From positions 2,208,001-2,272,000 of the forward strand of contig CAXXTU010000002.1 in assembly GCA_963662655.2 (NCBI GenBank): a stretch of 64,000 nt of DNA. The letters run 5' to 3'. The notes under the pieces are model-generated. The model ran no database searches. It saw only the letters and a list, made by a program, of their open reading frames with translations, and had not been told where the DNA came from. The stretch is from Candidatus Cloacimonadales bacterium. GTDB taxonomy: Bacteria; Cloacimonadota; Cloacimonadia; Cloacimonadales; JAIOQZ01. The position numbers and the translations under genes are program-made. Numbering within the stretch: the first letter of the stretch is position 1; each line of letters starts with the position of its first letter. Positions 58,358 to 64,000 of the stretch are shown piece after piece.

Positions 58358-60649
58358 ATGAAAAGGTTTTTATTTTGTTTTGTAACCATTCTGATCGCAC
58401 TACCCCTACTTTCTCAGTCGGGGGTCGCGCCTTCGGGACTCGGTACGGAGGCCAGCCCATATCTGATAGCCACGTGGCAGAATCTTTATTGGGTCAGCCA
58501 GAATTCGAGCGAATGGGGCAAGCATTTTCTCCAAACCGCGGACATCGATTTCTCGACAGCTACCCCGGCCATTACAACCTGGAACGGCAATCAGGGGTGG
58601 ACTCCCATCGGTAACGCCACGACACAATTCACCGGCGTCTATGATGGCGATGGATTTAAAGTCATGAACCTCTATCTGAATTACCCTGGAAGCGGTGAAC
58701 CTACTTCTGTTATTGAGGCACAGGCTCTGCCCGGGAACATCGGCCTGTTCGGTTATCTTAAATGCACTTCAACAACGGACGCGATAATCCGCAATCTTGG
58801 GATACTGAACGCTGATGTTACCGGGGGCAGAGGTACCGGAACTTTATTGGGGCGCTCATTGCTCCCAAGCGACGCATCCCATACGACAATCGTCGAGAAC
58901 TGCTACGCGGCGGGAAATGTTACGGTACGCGGATTCGGCGCGACAGGCGGCCTGGTTGGTGCGAACAACTCACAGAAAAAGAACATCGTTCCCATCATTC
59001 GGTACTGCTATGCGGATGCTGACGTGGAGAGTCGCTTCCCGACCAATTCGATTCAGAATCCCGCAGATAACAACGAGTTGTTCAACATCAAGTATGGCGG
59101 ACTTGTCGGCTGCAACGAGAACGGGCTCACCATGGACAGTTATTCCCGGGGGAACGTATACGGTGGCAAGAGAGTCGGCGGTGTGTCCGGCTGCTCCATC
59201 CGCGGCGCGGTAATCCGGTGTTATGCCACAGGCCAGGTTCGCACCGGTTTCCAGAGTCCTCCCTTCACCGCGGATGCCGATCCGTTTGTCGGCGGAATCG
59301 TTGGGCGCGTGGATGGAAAATTACCCGGCGGCTTGGGCGGCTTCTCTGGAAGCGGATCGATTCAGATGTGTTACTGGGATACGACAACTTCAGGAAACAC
59401 AACCTCCGGGGGTGGATCGGGAGCTCAGGGCAGAACAACCGCCCAGATGCAGACACAGGCGAATTATACCGACTGGAATTTTAACGGCGTCTGGTTGATT
59501 TCCGCCAGCCAGTATCCCCGCCTCGGTTGGCAGGACGACGTGAATATAAACCCAACTTCCGACACTTACGAGGGCATGCTTTCCCCGACCGTCGATACGG
59601 GAACAGCCCTCCCCAACGCCCTTTACTCATCCACCAGCGTCGGTGGACAATCAGTATACACGGGCTTTATGCCTTCAGCTACAGAAACCGTCAATATCTC
59701 AATCTACGCGATTTACTCCGAGAATCCCCTGTTCGTTGAAGGCGACTTCCCCAATCCAGAGAACCTCGGCGCCTACTGGAAGTTCTACTGCTCGGACGAC
59801 GCGGTTCTGAGAAACGCTCAATACTTTGACATCCAGATGCCGAACGAATACACGGATATCTGGTACCGATACAGTCGCGACGGAGCTGAAGTGCTTTCCT
59901 GGCGAAAAATCCCTGGCGGAGTATCGGTTTATCAGTCGGGAAGCTATATCTACAGAATCACGATCAGCGGTTTGAGTCTGCCCTCCGGAGCAAGAGCCGG
60001 AGAGTTGGGTGAAATCGAATTCGCGGGAGACATCGGAGGAGGGGAGACCCTTCCTGTAGAGCTCTCCTCGTTCACGGCCACACAAACCTCAGTCAATGCT
60101 GCCACGCTTGCATGGACAACCCAGAGCGAAAGCGATATGATCGGGTACTACGTACTTCGAAGTCAAACCGAAGACCTCGTCGACGCTACCAGAATTTCCG
60201 GATTGATCGCTGCCGGGAACAGTCCCGCCGAGAACTCCTACCACTACACGGACGAGGATGTTTCGTGTGACAACACCTACCGTTACTGGCTTCAAAGTGT
60301 CGCGATGGATGCAACTTCTGCGTTTTTTGGCCCGGTGACTTTGACGATTACCAACAACGAAGGCGAAGGAAACGAAGCTCCGGAAGTCTTTGCCATCGAA
60401 CTGATGGGTTGCTACCCGAATCCGTTCAACCCTGCAACAACCATCAGCTATTCCCTCGCAAAAGACGGCCTCGCGAAATTCACCATTTTCGATCTGAAAG
60501 GACGTGAAGTCGACCGCTTCTCTCATGATGGCGCTAAAGGCTACAACAAGGTCACATGGAACGCGGAAAACATGGCTTCCGGTATTTACTTTGTACGTAT
60601 GAACGCCCAAGGTACCGAACAAACAAGAAAAGTTATGCTTCTCAAATAG
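58358..60649 (+). CDS. Exported GLUG-motif beta-helix protein with a T9SS-like C-terminal domain
   Basis: GLGTEASPYLI, GWTPIG, GLFG and GGLVG repeats; LPVELSSF; YPNPFNPATTI...ASGIYF...KVMLLK. Confidence 0.9.
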   Translation: MKRFLFCFVTILIALPLLSQSGVAPSGLGTEASPYLIATWQNLYWVSQNSSEWGKHFLQTADIDFSTATPAITTWNGNQGWTPIGNATTQFTGVYDGDGFKVMNLYLNYPGSGEPTSVIEAQALPGNIGLFGYLKCTSTTDAIIRNLGILNADVTGGRGTGTLLGRSLLPSDASHTTIVENCYAAGNVTVRGFGATGGLVGANNSQKKNIVPIIRYCYADADVESRFPTNSIQNPADNNELFNIKYGGLVGCNENGLTMDSYSRGNVYGGKRVGGVSGCSIRGAVIRCYATGQVRTGFQSPPFTADADPFVGGIVGRVDGKLPGGLGGFSGSGSIQMCYWDTTTSGNTTSGGGSGAQGRTTAQMQTQANYTDWNFNGVWLISASQYPRLGWQDDVNINPTSDTYEGMLSPTVDTGTALPNALYSSTSVGGQSVYTGFMPSATETVNISIYAIYSENPLFVEGDFPNPENLGAYWKFYCSDDAVLRNAQYFDIQMPNEYTDIWYRYSRDGAEVLSWRKIPGGVSVYQSGSYIYRITISGLSLPSGARAGELGEIEFAGDIGGGETLPVELSSFTATQTSVNAATLAWTTQSESDMIGYYVLRSQTEDLVDATRISGLIAAGNSPAENSYHYTDEDVSCDNTYRYWLQSVAMDATSAFFGPVTLTITNNEGEGNEAPEVFAIELMGCYPNPFNPATTISYSLAKDGLAKFTIFDLKGREVDRFSHDGAKGYNKVTWNAENMASGIYFVRMNAQGTEQTRKVMLLK

Positions 60650-60671
60650 CTCATCACACACCCACAATAAC

Positions 60672-60706
60672 AATCGCTGGCCGGGACTTCCTCCCGACCA
60701 GCGATT
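60672..60706 (+). terminator. Intrinsic terminator
   Basis: AATCGCTGGCCGGGA-cttcc-TCCCGACCAGCGATT followed by CCTTTCT. Confidence 0.65.
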
Positions 60707-60746
60707 CCTTTCTGACGTGTACGTTAGAAGTAAAATACTACCTCGA

Positions 60747-60873
60747 GGCGCGAGCAGATTCGTTCGATCCGCTCCTGAACAGGGTGTTTCCCGGTGGAGT
60801 TACCAATATCAAAATGCCTACGAAACCGGGGTATATCCCTGATCAGGAGCGGATCGGGCGAAGATGCCACGCC
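60747..60873 (+). repeat. Family B rod-like hairpin, copy 4
   Basis: GCAGATTCGTTCGATC...GGTGTTTC...GGTATATCC...GATCGGGCGAAGATGC with complementary arms. Confidence 0.87.
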
Positions 60874-60973
60874 GGTGAAACATCTACTGCAAACTATCGA
60901 TCCCTATTACATTTTCCGCTTTGACAAATCAAAAACCGGGAAATAGAGGAGGCATAAATTGTTTTATATGTGT

Positions 60974-61003
60974 AAAGACCGGTATCCCGGAGGATACCAG
61001 TCT
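60974..61003 (-). terminator. Probable terminator of the LamG gene
   Basis: AAGACCGGTATCC-cgga-GGATACCAGTCTT, 17 nt after the stop codon. Confidence 0.6.
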
Positions 61004-61019
61004 TACACGGCTGGGGAAA

Positions 61020-64000
61020 TTAATCTTTTTTCGCGGTTACACGATAGAACATTCTGCTCAAAGGCAGTGGAGCCGACCACGAAGTCTCCGTTGTCTCTCC
61101 ATTCGTGCAGAGCATAAAGGTTCCATCCAGTGTCTCCGATTGATATACACAATACGAAGTCGCACCATTCACGGCATTCCACGAGACGTAGACGTTGCCT
61201 TCGCCCACATTCAGCGTAAGATTGGTTGGCTTCGAAAGTTGTAAAGCATTCTCGCGCACCAGGATGAATTGCATTCCGTTGATCGCGTTAATCGGATTCT
61301 CGTAAGCTGCGGTTCCATTGACAGGATCGACACTTACTGCGCCAAGAGAAAGCTCATAGCTACTGAAATCTCCATCCGCTCGCTTCAACAATCGGATATT
61401 GGATGGATCGTATTCATCCAAATTATCGAAGCTACCCTGAATTCTGACCGTCATCGTCACATTATCCAGCGCATCTCCGTAATAATGAAGAATGCGGTTC
61501 GGATGAGCAAATTCAGCATCGAATTCGGTTCTCACAGCGCTGAAAACCTCATTTGTTGTGATGTAGAATCTCCCATTCACCGCCGACGGGAAATCGAATG
61601 TCACACCGACTTCCGGGCAGTCGAGAATCCCCGCTACACCCGGCGTCTGATACGAGTAGGTTATCTGGTCGCCCAAAATCAGTGGAGATTCCATCCACGT
61701 TGCCCCGACAACCGTTCCATTCATTCGATAGGTTAGATCATAGACCGTACCGCCTGAACCATGGTTCATCCGCCAGTAGTGCTTGAGATTCGCTGTCGTC
61801 GGATCCGGTTGATTGTGCATTCCCATGCGGATTTCATCCGCTGTCCGCACTCCGTTCCACAAACGCACCTCGTCGATGTAACCGGTGAACGGCAATTGAT
61901 TGTAACTCCGGGAGGCCAGATAGAACGGTGTATCACTATGCGAAGTATAGGTAGTCATGGGATAGGGACCGTTATTGACCAGTGGTATCTCCTTCCCGTT
62001 CAAATACATCGATGCAAATCCAGCTTCGGGATTATACGAACATGCAAGATGGTTCCATACGCCGTCCTCGAATACATTCGCCGGTGTATCGAGGTATACG
62101 TGGTATGCCGGAATGAATCGTATGGCGTTTCCTGCAAGGTGGATCTCGTAGTTCTCGGTATGCTTCGCGCAAAGGAACTGAGCCGATGGTGAATACTCCG
62201 GTCTCATGAACCACATTTCGATCGTGTACGCACTCGTGACCATCCCGGATTCGATCGGGAACTCGACATGCTGATTCGCACCCGAGAAGCTCAATGCATA
62301 CTCGCCGTTCTCCATGTAAAGTCCGGTGCCCGACCATTCGATCGTCTGCGTTGACTGCACGGGATCGTTGGACACGATCTGGAAGGATCCGCTCTGGTAT
62401 TCTTCGGTTGTCGGGTAGTATTTGAACTGCAGGTCGAATCCTGTACCTGCTGCTTGGGTCGCAGAAAGCGTATTGTTATCTTCACCGTTGTAACCGGTAA
62501 CGGTAACAGGTCCCTCAACGGTGACCGTCCAGGACAAATCTGCCGTTCCGTTGTTATCGATATGGAGCCATCCTTCTGAAGCCGTACCGATCAATGTCGT
62601 CCCGAAATCCAGCGTATTCGTATTAACGCTCATAACAGGATAAACCGGCTCTACCTGACGGGTAATGATGAACTGCTGCGCGTTGGGAAGAGCGCTCGCC
62701 AGCGGGAAGGTCGCGCTGTCTGCCGCTGGGTCGACACTGCTCGCACCCGAGAGATTGTCGAAGTTCGCCACGCCACGTGCGTCGCGTCCGTTGAGGTGGA
62801 TGTTGTCGTGAAGAACCTCGTCGGCCGTTGTCATGTCGCCGAATGAACTGAAGGTGATGTCACCAGCCATATTCGTGCTGCCAAAAGTCTGTATAATGCG
62901 GGTGTTGTCGTTGAACACAGTATAGCAACCGGTGGGCGGATTCATCGGCGCACCGTACAGATATGTAACAACGATATCCTGCTGGTCGCAAGCCGAGAAA
63001 TCGAAACGTACGCTGCAATCGAAGCAGTCGAGCGTTCCGCTTCCGGCCGGCGCAACGTAGCTCACGCTGAATCCATCGCCGATAGGGAATCCGGTATCGA
63101 TGCGATCTCCGGCTTCAAAATTCTGGACCTTTGCATGACGCTTGTTTATATCTTCGATCAACCCACCGCCTTCCGTTTCGTTGCAACGCCAGTATGCAAG
63201 CATACCCGGACGGGGCAACGAGAGTGTGAAATGGCGATTCCGGCGAATTTCATCGGCTGTAAGGACGTTCGTCCAGAAGCGGATTTCGTCCATCGCGCCG
63301 TTAAACTGGTACATACCGTCGCATCTTATACCGAAGCGAGTGGTGCTGAGTGGTGTGGGAACCGGCGTGGAGATGGGATTGCCACCGCTTAAAGTGTAAG
63401 GCGTATCTACACCGTTAATGTACACCTTCGCATAGGTGTTTGTCGGGTCGTAAACGAACGCCAGATGCGTCCAGGTGTCGAATGTCACCGAGTTGTTAGG
63501 CGTATCAAGGTAGACGCCCGGAGCCGGGATGAACCGCAAATTGTTATAATTCGTATTCAGGTGAATCTCCAAGGTCTCCATTCCGGAACTGGTCAGGAAT
63601 TGGATTTGCGGACCGCCGCTATACACGTTGAACCACATTTCCATGCTGATCGCAGAACCAGCCGGCAGATCGACGGGGCGGAAGGTTTTGGCATAGTCGT
63701 TATCGTCGTTGAACTGGATCGACTTCGATCCCGTTACCGGCATCCGGGCCGACGCCGATATAATGACATTCTTCGTAAGATTATCCGGATCGTTGGATGT
63801 AAAGTTGAGCGTCGCACTCGTATATGTGCAATCCTCCACAGGCTGGAACACCATATCGAAGTAGTTGGTCGCCCCGTTCTCGCTTAAAATGGAATTGTAT
63901 GTCGAGTAAAGCACGCCATCCGCCCTTATATAGAACGGCTCGGTAACGGATATCGTATATTCCAGCGCCTGAGTACCGCTATTGAATACGGTGAAAGCCT
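61020..64000 (-). CDS. Large LamG plus ASH/choice-of-anchor-D repeat protein with a C-terminal FN3-like domain (5' end outside the window)
   Basis: The frame is open to the window end (AFTVFNSGTQALEY...). Two LamG and two N.G...L...SNDP modules; ends in VSWNAVNGATSY.VY...FYRVTA. Confidence 0.88.
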   Translation of the reverse strand, partial: AFTVFNSGTQALEYTISVTEPFYIRADGVLYSTYNSILSENGATNYFDMVFQPVEDCTYTSATLNFTSNDPDNLTKNVIISASARMPVTGSKSIQFNDDNDYAKTFRPVDLPAGSAISMEMWFNVYSGGPQIQFLTSSGMETLEIHLNTNYNNLRFIPAPGVYLDTPNNSVTFDTWTHLAFVYDPTNTYAKVYINGVDTPYTLSGGNPISTPVPTPLSTTRFGIRCDGMYQFNGAMDEIRFWTNVLTADEIRRNRHFTLSLPRPGMLAYWRCNETEGGGLIEDINKRHAKVQNFEAGDRIDTGFPIGDGFSVSYVAPAGSGTLDCFDCSVRFDFSACDQQDIVVTYLYGAPMNPPTGCYTVFNDNTRIIQTFGSTNMAGDITFSSFGDMTTADEVLHDNIHLNGRDARGVANFDNLSGASSVDPAADSATFPLASALPNAQQFIITRQVEPVYPVMSVNTNTLDFGTTLIGTASEGWLHIDNNGTADLSWTVTVEGPVTVTGYNGEDNNTLSATQAAGTGFDLQFKYYPTTEEYQSGSFQIVSNDPVQSTQTIEWSGTGLYMENGEYALSFSGANQHVEFPIESGMVTSAYTIEMWFMRPEYSPSAQFLCAKHTENYEIHLAGNAIRFIPAYHVYLDTPANVFEDGVWNHLACSYNPEAGFASMYLNGKEIPLVNNGPYPMTTYTSHSDTPFYLASRSYNQLPFTGYIDEVRLWNGVRTADEIRMGMHNQPDPTTANLKHYWRMNHGSGGTVYDLTYRMNGTVVGATWMESPLILGDQITYSYQTPGVAGILDCPEVGVTFDFPSAVNGRFYITTNEVFSAVRTEFDAEFAHPNRILHYYGDALDNVTMTVRIQGSFDNLDEYDPSNIRLLKRADGDFSSYELSLGAVSVDPVNGTAAYENPINAINGMQFILVRENALQLSKPTNLTLNVGEGNVYVSWNAVNGATSYCVYQSETLDGTFMLCTNGETTETSWSAPLPLSRMFYRVTAKKD

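Noticed and set aside
39294..60873. Family B as integron attC sites or CRISPR repeats
   Set aside because: There are no RYYYAAC/GTTRRRY cores, no integrase or cas genes, no regular array, and the orientations are mixed.

Overview
This is a 64 kb bacterial chromosomal window from a diderm anaerobe. The gene mix (FlgD-Ig/T9SS-like C-terminal domains, giant LamG surface proteins, a bifurcating [FeFe]-hydrogenase, a transcarboxylase) suggests an FCB-group lineage such as Candidatus Cloacimonadota; that taxonomy is inference. Housekeeping genes include miaB (partial), psd, recG, guaA, a SurA/PpiD-like chaperone and a 56-aa ferredoxin missed by the ORF track. Energy metabolism is represented by a methylmalonyl-CoA carboxyltransferase cluster and an adh / rex-hydC-hydB-hydA-FeS-hydS-phosphatase locus. 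There are also two POTRA-less Omp85 genes, several large exported proteins and an ISL3 remnant fused to a truncated TPR-like gene. I saw no rRNA, tRNA or CRISPR array. The strongest unexplained signals are non-coding. (B) A family of about 113-160 nt rod-like hairpins has conserved non-canonical boxes and covarying stems (4 clear and 3 degenerate copies). (A) A family of four-way-junction elements has conserved geometry but rewritten sequence (3 full copies and 1 partial). Other highlights are a candidate non-canonical 18-bp Rex operator, a second C-terminal domain shared by three exported proteins, a possible pore-forming module inside the 3136-aa protein, and a sigma54-type promoter in front of that gene. 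All calls come from reading the sequence by eye; no searches or folding programs were run.
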